A DNA stretch of 64,000 nt, taken from NCBI GenBank assembly GCA_965248925.1, contig CBDFLE010000004.1, positions 96,001 through 160,000 of the forward strand, in the 5' to 3' direction. The notes under the pieces were generated by a model. That model was given only the letters and a program-made list of their open reading frames with translations, was not told the DNA's origin and did no database searches. Positions 37,194 through 49,100 of this stretch are shown here, in pieces; position 1 is the first letter of the stretch, and the number at the start of each line of letters is the position of its first letter. A program made the translations under genes and the position numbers. The DNA is from Candidatus Multivoradales bacterium (GTDB lineage: Bacteria > Acidobacteriota > Thermoanaerobaculia > Multivoradales > J023).

Positions 37194-40100
37194 ATGATTT
37201 TTTCCCGATCTTGTTCCCTTTCATTTCTCTCATCGACCGTTGGCTGGCGACGGGCCATCGGTTTTGTAGTCCTGCAGCTAACCCTGGCCCATGGTGCCCT
37301 GGGTCAGCCGTTGGGCAGCGGCGAGTTACAACTCGCCGGCACCCGGCTGAGTGTTGCGCCAGCGGCGCAAACAGTGCCCTTCGACACCCCGACAGTGGTC
37401 GAGACGGCGCTCGATGGCTACGACCTTAGTCTGGGCACCCTGCCGCCGGACTGGCGGGTGGTAGGTGATTTATCGGGACCCGAGATCGGCGGTGTGCTGA
37501 CCCTCGAGACGGTTCCAGGCGAGCCCTTTCGCATTCCCCGCTTGCGCCACGAGGGAGAGTACCGGCTGAGCGCTATTCGCTTGCTCGAGGGCGACCGCTT
37601 GTTGGCCTTTGCCGAACCTCGCGAAGTCACTATTCGCTCCACCCAGATCCTGATTAGCCGGGTGAGTTCACGCGCCTTGACTCTCGACGAGTTGCGCGGT
37701 TTCGGGGTGGTGTTCGACGACGATAGTTTCCAAGCGTTCAACCTCACCTTCGGTTTTGGCGTCGACGGCGCGGTGGTGAATTACGACATCCCGGTGGTGG
37801 TGAATCTCTACGGACCGGGGGAAGTGGCGTTCATTCCCCGTGCGGGTCAGTGGGCAGCCAGCGGCGGCGCGCGGTTCGTGCCACCGCAGTTGGTGCCCTT
37901 CAGCTTTGCCCTCGAGCAGCAGGCGGAGCCCGAACCGCCGGCAGGTGGCTGTCTGGTGTTTGATTGCCGCGTCGGTGAGCCGGCGCCGCCGATGGTCGGG
38001 GTGATTCTCTTTCCCACCGACGTGCGCTTGCTCAATCAATTCTTCACCGTCGTGCTGATGGTGCAGAACGGGGCTCCCGAGGCCGACTTATTGCGCGTTC
38101 GTGACCTGAGCGCGAGGATCGTCTTGCCCGCGGGCCTGCGCCAGGCCGAAACCCAGCCGCCGACTCCCCTCGGGGTGCCGGTGCCAGTACGGGTGCCAGG
38201 TCCCGATGGTGAGTTGGGGACCGCTGATGACATCACTTTCATGGTCGCGCAAGCAACCGGCGAAGCTGAGTTCCTGGTCGAAGGCTTGCGCGAGGGCTCG
38301 CACGTTGTCGAATTCCAGCTCGAGGGTCTGCTCGAAGGCTTGCCGGGCGGCCTGCGGCGGATCACCGGCAGCGCGCGGGGTGCGGTGGTGGTGCGTGATC
38401 CCAGCCTCGGAGTGACCATCTCCCACCCCGAGGTGGTGCGCGACGGCGAGCCCTATCCGCTGCGCCTGACGGTTGCCAACACCGGCAACGTGCCGGTCAA
38501 TCTACTCAGCTTGGAGCTGCCGCTCAGCGGCCTCTCCGGTGTCGAGCTGGTCAGTAGCAATGTCGAGACCATCGAGGAGCTGTCGCCGGGAGACTCGGCG
38601 ACGGTCGAGTTTCAACTGATCGCCCGGCGTACCGGCAAAGTGGTGTCGAGCGCGCTACGCTCAGGCGGCGCGATCAATCCACGTTTTGACCTCACCGTCG
38701 GCGTGGGCGAGGATGGCATCCCCCTGTCCCCCGACACGCTGATCATGCCGGCCAGCACCGAGCAGTTGCCGGCCGAGCTGGTGCGCTCGGCTCTCGGCTT
38801 GCTCGGTCTGGGCTATTCACTCGCCACCGCGCCGCCGCAAGCGCTCGCTGGCAGCTTGCCGCAGGTGAGCCGGCAGTCGATCACCAGCCGGGTCTACAGC
38901 TTGACCCAGGCCGGCCGGCATGTCGCTTTGGGCGAAGAGCTATTCGACGCCTTGGCGGTGCTGGCAGCGGAATGGAATGGCGCCCGCGATCAGGATTGGG
39001 ATTGGGACTTGCTGCGGCGAAGTACCGCCCGTGGAGGCGAGACGGGAGTTCAGATCGGCGCGGCTTTGGCCGCCGAAGCGACGCTGAGTTCGCCGCTCGG
39101 GATGTTTGAACGATTTGCTGCCGCAACCCACTTCTTGCCCCCACAGCATGCCGTCCTGGGTATAGGTGCTGGCGTTTCGGTGCAGATCGAGAGCCCACTC
39201 AGCGGTCATGTCAGCAGTCGTCTTGGAGGTGATCCGCAACGCCGGCGGGAGGTGCCGTTCGCCGACATCTTTGGCCTTGGAGGGGCCGAGATGGCCTTGC
39301 TCAGCGCGCCCGAGGACACTGGCTACCGGGTGCGACTGACTGCATCGGCATCGACCTTGGCCGACCTTCACTTGCTGACCCGTGGTATTGATCGGGTGTT
39401 GCGAGTAAGGCGTTGGACTGGGTTCAATTTGCCGCCCGCCAGTGTTGCCTGGGCCACCTTGGGTGGTGCCGGTGATGCTCTGCTGCGCATCGACGACGAT
39501 GGTGATGGCGAGGCCGATCGGCTACTGCCGGCGACCGACTCCAGTTTGGCGCCGCGCCCTTTCGAGGTGGTGGCGGCGGTGCAGAACGAGGTAGTCGATC
39601 CGTCGGGGCATGTGGTCGATGTGCTGCTTTCGGCCGACCTCGATGCCCGTTCCTTGCTGCCTCGCGATGCGGCCCGCTTCGAGTTATCGGGCAAAGTCTC
39701 GAATGGCGGCGCCCTGCCGGGCGAGCAGGACTACGGTTCTTGGCTGGCCAGTGACCAGGTGATCGAGAACCCCTTCGCCGGTCTGCACAACCCGCGCATC
39801 GTGCGGGTGGTGTTCGACAATCCGCTCAGTCCCCTGGTTGACAACCCGCTGACCGTGCGCGATCTGCTGAGCGCGGTCGGCCAACCTCTCGCCGAGCAGC
39901 AGCGGTTGGTCGAGACCCGGGTGACCACCGCCGGAATCGTGGTGGAGGGTACGGTGATTGGCCCCGATGGCCAGCCGGTCCCCTTTGCCGAGGTCAGCCT
40001 CTACGAGCGCGACACACCAAGTTTCGCGCTCAATGCCTGCCAACGCCATCGCACCGCCGCGGTGCGGGCCGACGCGGCGGGCCAGTTTCGCTTCGACTAC

Positions 40101-43100
40101 GTTCGCGACACTTGCGGCGGCGATTTCGACCTGGTAGCTGAAGACAGCTCCGGAATCCACCGCGGCAAAGTGCGCGGCAAAGTGCGTTTTGCCGGCGCCA
40201 CGCAGCGGCTCGACATCGTGATGATGGGTCGCGGCCGGCTCGAGGGGCGAATTACCTACGACGACGGTACGGTGCCCAGCGGACTGACCTTGGTGGCCGA
40301 GAACGCGGTCTTTGGCGAAGGTCGGCTGGCGCACATGGACCCAGATGGCAGCTATGAGGTAGGTGAGCTGGTGGTCGGCACGGTGTCGGTGACGGCATCT
40401 GACGAGGAAGGCAATGTGGTCTTCGCCACCATTGAGCTGCCCCATGCCGGCAGCGTCGTCGAACTCGATTTAACCCTGCTGCGCCGCCCCGAAGAACCCC
40501 GTGGCGAGGTCCGGGGCACGGTGACGGCGGTCGATGGCACGACGCCGTTCGCGGATGCTTGGGTGGCGCTCTACATCGGCGGCGAGTTGATCGGGGTCGA
40601 GCGCAGTAGCGCGGACGGCAGCTTCGACTTCGGCATTGTGCCGACCGGGGTAGCGCATATCGAAGCTTTTCATGGTGGCAACAGCGAGAGTGGGGGCCAG
40701 CTCTACTTCGAGATCCTCGCCGATCAAATCAACAGCGTACAGATCGTCTTGCGCGATGACCGCGGCACGGTCGAGGGCCATGTCTACCGCCAAAGCCTCG
40801 GCGGTTTGACTCCGGTGGTCGGGGCGGTGGTGTGGATCTCCGGTTCGCAGCACAACACGGTCACCGACAGCACGGGTTATTACCGGCTCGACAATGTTTT
40901 CGGCGGCTCCTGGAACGTGGTGGCGGCCGATGTCGAGGCGGCTGAATCCACCACCAAAAGCGTTTCGGTCAGCGGTACTGGCGAGACCTTCGTCGCCGAT
41001 CTCTACTTCACTGACGAGCTGCCCAACGGTGGTATTCGCGGTGAGGTGCTGAGCTATGACGGTTCGCCGGTGCTGGGGGCCAGGGTTCATTTGGCCGGTG
41101 GCTATGAGTCGCAGCGCTGGCATCACGAGGCGATCACCGACAGCGACGGGCGTTTCTTGATCGCCGACCTTGATCCCGGCACTTACGGAGTGCACGCGGT
41201 TCGCGGTGCTGATGGTCGGCTGGGCTTTGCCGAGATTCGGTTCCAAGGAGACGCTCCCTTCATCACCCTGCGTTTTGCCAAGGGCACTATCCGCGGCCGT
41301 ACCCTGGCGACCAATGACGACGGTGAACTGATCGGCGTCAGTTCGACGGTGGTGTACCGCACCACCGTCACCCAGGTCGGTCTGGTGGGCGTGGCGTTCG
41401 TACCGTCTACCTTGGTGAGCGATGCCGAAGGTTGGTTTGAACTGCCAGCTGCCTTGATCGGGCCCTACAACATCACCGTTCACAACGCTTTCTATGGCAG
41501 TCAAGCGGTGGATGGAACCTTGGTGATTGCCGGAGATGAGCGCTTTCACGAGATCATTTTCGAACCCAACGGGGCAATTCGCGGGGTGGTATTCGACATC
41601 GATGGCGAGACCCCGGTTGCTGGGGTGACCGTGCGGCTGCGCGGCGGCCAGTTCCAGGACTACGATCTGCAGACAGATGCAACGGGCCGCTTTGCCTTCG
41701 AGCTGGTGCCGCCTGGCTTCTATTGGCTAGAGGCCGAATTCCAAAGCGGGGCGATCTTCCGCCGCCAGCGGGTCGGCGCTCGCTTGAGCCGCTTTGGCGA
41801 GGAACTTGACATCGAGTTGGTATTGCCACAACAGGGTTCGGTGGTGGGCCGGGTCGAGGATTCGAATGGGCTGCCGGTGACTGGCGCCATCGTCACTCTG
41901 CAAGAGGGCTCGTTCCCGAGTCGCCGGCTGGTGCTCAACACCGACGGCGCCGGCCAGCTGCGCTTCGACAACATCTTCGCCGGCCACCTGTCACTCAGTG
42001 CCCAAGCTCCATCACTCGGCGGTCTGGGAGGCAGGGTGACGGTTGAAATTACCGCCGAAGGTGAGGAAGTCGAGGCGGTGATCATGTTGCAGGATACCGG
42101 CGAGATCAGCGGTTATTTGTTAAGTCCGGTGGGCGGCTCGGTGGTCGCCGGAGCGCAGGTCTCCCTCTACTCTGGCTACAGTTTCGTCGACAGCGTTACC
42201 AGCGATGGTGATGGGGCCTTCCGCTTCCGTCTGCTGCCACTCAAGACCTACCATCTGCGGGCCCTCGATCCGGCCTCGGGGCGTCACGGCCAGAGCGGCG
42301 ACTTGCCGCTGACCAGTAACGGGCAACTGATCGAGAGCGAATTGACCCTCGAAGGCCGAGGGGTGGTCAACGGGCATCTATTCGATGATCTACACCAGAT
42401 CTTCGTTGCCGGGGCGACAGTCAAGCTGAGCAGCGATGCGGTGGTCCGCTTTGATACTTACTCGAGTACCGATATAGATGGCCGGTTCGAGTTTGGTGGT
42501 ATTCCGGAGGGTATTTTCAGGCTCAACAGCCTGGAGCCCGATGGCTTCCGCCACGCCGTGGGCGCGGGTGAGATCGAGTACGAGGATCAAATCGTAACCG
42601 TCGACCTGGTGTTACAACCGATCGGCGTGATACATGGCACGGTGTTGGCGCCGCCGGGCGCGCCGCCGGGTCTTGCCACCGCGGTCAACACCCGCCTCGA
42701 GCAGTGGGTACAACTCGGCTTTGGTGGCCCTTCGGACATCGTCGTCGACGCCACGATCGCCAATCCGTTCACTCTCGATGGGGTGCTGACCGACAGGTTC
42801 TTCAAAGTGCTGGTCGACGAGATCGGTGGCGTCCGCCGCGCTTTGCTCTATACCAGAATGCCCACCGACTCGACCGAATTGGAGGTTGAATTGCAGCTCG
42901 AAGCAGCTGGCTCGGTGGAAGTTTCGGTGGTTGATAGCAGTGGTTCGGTCAACGGTGCCGACGTTCTACTTAGCATCTATACAGACCTAAAAAGCTACGA
43001 TGATTTCAGCCGCACCGGCAACACCGGTGCCGACCATCAAATCACCTTCGACAACATCCGCCAGGGTTGGGTCGAAGCCCGTGCCACCCATCCAGTGACC

Positions 43101-46100
43101 GGTCTCAAGGGCAGTGCCTGGGTGCGCCTTGATCTCGACGGCGCGGTGGTTCCGCTAATCGTCCAGTTGGAGCCCAGCGGTAGCATCGTGGGTCGGGTGT
43201 TGGCGGTAGATGGAGCCACCCCGGTGGCGGGGGCAATTATAGCCTTGGGCCAGGATCTCGCCGCTTATACCGCTGCCGATGGCACTTTCCTACTCGATGC
43301 GCTAAGCCTGGATTCCTACGATTTGACAGTCCAGGATAGCGAAGGTAGCGGCCGCGCCCGGCGCGAGGTGCAGTTGAACGCCGACGGCCAGCAGGTCGAT
43401 CTTGGCGATCTGGTGCTCGACGCCGCCGACCCGCAGGTGCTGTCGGTGACGCCAGCGAGCGGCGCTCGTGATGTGCCGCGGACCGTCGTTCTGGAAGTCG
43501 AGTTCAGCGAGCCGATGGACGGTCCGCGCAGCCAGTCGGCTTTCGTGCTGACCACCCTGAGTGGTGGCAACCGAGCCTTGACTGTCGCCTGGTCGGCAGA
43601 CGGCCAGCGAGCCCTGCTAACCCCTTACTCACAACTCACCAACGACACCGGGTTCCACTTCCAGGTGCGAAACACCGCGGTCGACCTCGCCGGCCGGACG
43701 ATTCCTAACGCCATTCAGACCACGTTCTTTTCGCAAGACGATGTGCTACCGGTGGTGATCGAGCTGCTTCCCGCCGACGGTGCGGTGGAAGTGCCGGTCG
43801 ACAGCCAGATTTCGATCGAATTCTCCGAACCGGTGGTACTCGAATCTCTGTCCGGCAGTGCCCTGCAGCTAGTCGACGAAACCACCGGCGGCGGCGTGAC
43901 GACCACCTTCTTGCTACGCGAAGGCGAGCGCCAGGTGCTGTTGCAACCCACGGTCGATCTTCTGAGCGACCATCGCTATCGCTTGACCGTCCAGGGGGTG
44001 ATGGATAACTCCGGCAACACCTTGCAAGGGACCGTGTCGACCACCTTCTGGACTCCGGACACCACGCCACCGGCGATTACTTGGCTGGAGCCGGCGGCCA
44101 ACGCGGCGGTGAGTTCGGGTGATGCCCTCGAAGTGCGGGCCGAGATCACCGATCTGCGTGGGGTGGCGAGTGTCACTTTCACCCTCGGCGAGTGGAGTTC
44201 CAGCTTTACGGCTCCGCCCTATGAGTGGTCACTGTTCGTGCCGCCAGTGTTTGGCGCCGAGGTGCTGGAAATCGTTGCTGAAGCTACCGATGTGTTCGGC
44301 AATATCACCAGCTCGTTGCGCACTCTCCAGGTCACGCCGCAGATCAACGGCCAGGCGCCGCAGCTCGATTTGGCCTGCTTGGTGGAAGGCGATTTCGTTG
44401 CCCCGGGGCTAGAGGTTCCCTTCGCTCTGACGGTGACCGACGATCTGTCGATCGAGAGCTATAGCTTCTTTGTCGATGGCCAGCAGGTCGAGCGGCGGAC
44501 GCCGATCGATCTGCCCGAGGTCAGCGGGACTTTCTTGTGGACCCCGCCGGCCGCTGCGGTGGCGGGAGATCTCTTCCAGCTGCGTTTCACGGCTCGCGAC
44601 TATGCTGGCAATGTCACGGCGGAAGAGTTCAGCGTGCAGGTGCCAGCCGGCCAGATTTTGACCGGTACTCAGATCGTGGATGCGAGTTGGAACGGGGTCG
44701 ATCTGGTATTGGCGGCGGGTGAGATGACCGTCACCGGCACCGTCGAACCGGCCTCCTTGAAGATCTTGCACGGTGCCCAGCTGTCGCATGCCGACAGCTG
44801 CGTCTATTCCAGCTGGCTGGCCACCTTGGGGCCGTGGCCGAGCGGTGATACGCGGGTGCAATGCGGCGCGGTGGTGAACCTCTGCCGCTTGCAGGGTGAA
44901 AACCTGTGGCTGGGACCTGGCGCCCAGGCTGAGCTGCACACCTTGAAGGCTGCTGCCGTGGCCGAGATCAGGCCGCGGGCTGAAGTGAGCGCGGATTGGG
45001 TCGGTAGCGACCAGCTGCGTCAGTACGGCGAGCTGGCTACGGTGCAGGTAATCGTGCCCAATATTTCGCTGCGTCCGGGCTCGGTGACCCGCGCCAAATC
45101 CAGCACTCTCTATCTGGTTGGGCTGACGACTTTCGAGGTCGACGGTGGAGCCCGGATTGATGGCACCGGCGCTGGCTACCGTGGCGATGAAATCAACGGC
45201 GGTCCCGGCACGGTAGCCGGGATGCGGCCCGCTGGCCGCCAGGTCGGTGGCTCGCACGGCGGCTACTCGAGCTACGGTGAACGCCTCGAATTGGGTGAGA
45301 TCTACGGCAGTGTCTACAACCCCTGGCAGGCTGGCGCGGCGGGCGGCTCGGCCCAGGGAACTGGCGATGGCGAGCCTGGCGGAGCCGTGGTGTGGTTGCT
45401 CGCGGATCAGCTTCGGCTCGACGGCGAGCTGCTGGCCAACGGCGCTTCCCATGCGGAATATGGCTATGGCACCGGTGGCGCCGGGGGCAGCATCAACATC
45501 CAGGCCAACCTGCTGGCCGGTTCCGGGCGCATCGAGGCCGCCGGCGGCGAGGGCTATCGCCCTTCTTGTTGGCATCTCGACTTCCTGCAGATCTCAGGCG
45601 GCGGCGGTGGTGGCCGGGTGGCGCTGCATGTTGCCGACCAGAGTGCCTTCGATGCGCTGACCCAGGTGTCGGTGGCTGGAGGGCAGAGGCGTTGCTTAGG
45701 TGTCGTCGAGAGCATCGCCGGACCTGGCTCGCTGTACATCAACGATGCGCAGTCGACCTACGGCACCCTCTACGCCGCCGGTGGCGACCCGGCCTCTGTT
45801 GATCTGCGGAGCGGCCCCAACACGGGGTTGCCGCAGCTGGTCGCGGGCTCGGTCACTGCGACCGAGGTCAGTGGTGCCGATCTCTGGGTCACGGCCGAAC
45901 AGCCCTTGCTCGGACGTTGGTTTGGCGCCTGGATGGTGCTCTTCGATGCCGCCGGCAACGAATTGGGTACCTTCAACGTGTTGAGCATGGATTGGGCCGG
46001 CCGTGGACTGCTGAGTGGCGCGGCGGCGGTTGCCAATCAAGCGGCGAGCTATGCCGGTGAGTACCTATTCGATGCCGTCCATGTGCTGCCGGGAGCGGCT

Positions 46101-49100
46101 TTGGAGGTCCTGCCCAGCCAGTTGGGCCGCCGCTCCTTGGCGGTCGTCGGCGATCTCGAGGTGGCCGCCACGGCTCGTCTCGATGTCAGTGCTCGTGGCT
46201 TTGGCGGCGACCTCGGAGATCCGCGGATGGCGCCTGATTTTGTTGCCGGCTCCGAGCCCGATGCGGGCGGTAGCCACGGCGGTGGCGGGCTGGCGGCCAG
46301 TCAGAGTGGCCCGTCGGGGGAGGTCTTCGACAGCGTTTATTGGCCGAAGTTCTCCGGCGGTGGCGGGGCGATCGACCAGGGAAGCCGCTCCGCCGCCGGC
46401 GGCGCCGTGCTGTGGCTCCAGGCCGGCCGCCTGATCCTCGACGGTACTCTGCGAGCCAATGGTGAAGGCGCGGAGTTTGGCGTCAGGGAGTTCGGCGGCG
46501 GTGCCGGCGGCACGGTGCGGGTGGTGGCCGGTGAGTTGCTCGGCGCGGGCGGTATCGACGTCGTGGGTGGCGGCACCACCTGGTCTGGCCTCGGTGGTGG
46601 CGGCCGGGTGGCGCTCGAACTGGGCGCTGCATCATCCTTCGATCCGCTGAGCCAGATCGATCTCAGCGGCGGCATTCCGGGCAGCTCGCTGAGCCACCCC
46701 GCCGCCGCTCCGGGCACCGCCTACGTCTTCGGCGCGGGCTCGGTATACGGTGATCTCTACGTCTTGGGCGGTGCACGGACAACCCTGCTGGAAGTAACCC
46801 CACCGGCGTTGGGCCGGGGTGAGGTCGCGCTGGTGGAAGCCGCTGGCGCCGATCTGTGGATCGAGCCGCGAACCACCGACCCACTGCCGGCGTTGGGGGT
46901 CGATGGGATGTGGCTGCGGATTGCCGGAGTCGACTACCGGGTGGTCGAGCAGAGCGCCGATCGGCGACGGCTGCGGCTCACCGCTGCCGCCGGACTGGTG
47001 ACCGTCGGCGAGTCCTATGCCGGGATCTACAAATTCGACAACCTGATCCTCCGCGGGGGTGCCACGGTGCGTTTCTACGATGAGGTAGAGATCGGCCAGA
47101 TCGATGCCGAGTCGGGTAGCGAAGTGATATTCGCTGACCTCGAACCGCCAACCTTCGGCGTGGTGACCCCTGCCGAAGGAGCGCTCTACTCTGGCGGCGA
47201 TCCGATCTCGGTCACTGCCGAGGTCAGCGATAACCGGCTACTCACCCGAGTGACGGCGACGTTTGCCGGCTTGTCCTATGCGCTCGACGCGGCGCCCTTT
47301 GCTTGGACCCTCAACGCACCCCCGGTGCAGCAGCAGACCGTCATGACTCTGGAAATAGAGGCGGAAGACGGCGAGGGCAATCTGGCCCTGGTGACCCGTC
47401 ACTTGACTATCGAGCCGACCGCCGACCCTTCGGCACCGCAAGTGTTGCCGGCAGGTTGTCCGGCCGCTGGCGACTGGGTGCTGCCGGGTGCCACCCTGTC
47501 AGTGATCTTCGACGCCACCGACGATCAGCAGATCCTGGCCTACGGCTTCAGTGTCGATGGGGTGCGTCAGGCTTGGGTGGAGAATGTGTACCAAGATCAG
47601 GTACGCGCCGAGCTGAGTTGGACGGTGCCGGCGACGGCAGTGGCCGGCGATAGTTTCGTCGTCACCTTCGAGGCTGAAGACCTGGGAGGTCACCAGCAGA
47701 CCGCCAGTGTCACGGTTTCGGTGCCGGCAGTGCCTTACCTGGCTGGCGACCAAGATCTCGACAGCTCGGCTGGTGGTGCCCTGGTTCTCAGCCAGGGGCT
47801 GTTCACGGCGACTGAGCCGCTGGCGGTCGATTCGCTGCGCTTGCTGGCCGGCGCCCGCTTGTCCGTCGCCGCTGAAGAGACTTTGGACCTGCAGGTGTTG
47901 GGCGCGGTGCGAGTGCAGTGTGACGCAGTTTTCGACCTTGGCGGCCGAGGGTACCAAGGTGGCGCCGCGGCCAACGGGTGGGTGGCCGGTGCTCCTTCCT
48001 GGGTCGAGCGTTCTTGGGGCCATTCGGGAGGCAGTCATGGCGGCAGTGGCGAGGTGGTTGCCTCGACCACGATCACTGAGCTGTTCGACAGTGTTTACGC
48101 TCCGACTTTACCCGGCGGTGGAGCTTCACATGTCAATGGCTACATTCATGGCGGGCACGGCGGTGGAGTGCTTCATCTCGATGCCGGCGAGGTGATTCTC
48201 GATGGCTTGATTTCGGTGGCCGGCGAGGATCGCGATCCGGTCTCCTTCTCCAACCACGGCCGCTCGGGGACCGGCGCTGGGGGCTCGGTGTGGATCCGTT
48301 CGCTAAGTCTGAGCGGTGCGGGGTCGATCGATGCCGCGGGGGGGCACTACCTGAATGCTACCGCCTATTACGGTGGAGTGGGCGGTGGTGGTCGAGTCGC
48401 CTTGGAAGTCGATGATGTCAGCGGTTTTGATCTACAAGCGGTGGATGTGGGGGGTGGTTTGCGCACCGATACCGGTGGGGAGGTGACCTGGGTTGGCGAT
48501 CCTGGAACCTTCTTCTTGCGGGACGCTAGCTCGATCTACGGCGAGTTGCTGGCCTCGCGGACCCTGCCGGGATTCGAGCAACGGCTGGTGCTGCCGACCC
48601 TGGCCGGCGATTTGGTGAGTGCCACCGAGGTCGTGGCTGGCGATCTCTGGATCACCGCGCCACAGCCTTTGCGACCGCGCTGGCTGGGTGCCTGGATGGA
48701 ACTCTTCGATGGGGCGAGCGAGTCGCTAGGAGTATTCCAGGTGGTTGACATCGATGCCGCCCAGCGGGTCAGACTGCAAGGCGCGGCGGCGGCCCAACTG
48801 GCGGCTGCTTTCGAGGGCCGCTACCGCTTCGACGCCATCACCCTGGACGTTGACTTGCGTAGTGCCGAGCCGCTCGAAGTGACGCAGGTCGAGGTGATTG
48901 GCGACGTGGTGCTCGACTCGAGCGAGTTGCGCGGCGCCAGCCTGGCGGTGCGCTCGGGGGCGACGCTCAGGACAATCCAGGGCAAGCCGCTCCAGTTGCA
49001 ACTCAGCGGCAGCTTGATCGTCGAGGCTGGCGCGACCATCGATCTCGATGGCACTGGCTATCTCGGGGGCGTCGCATCACCGGACGGAGCCGTCCCGGCG

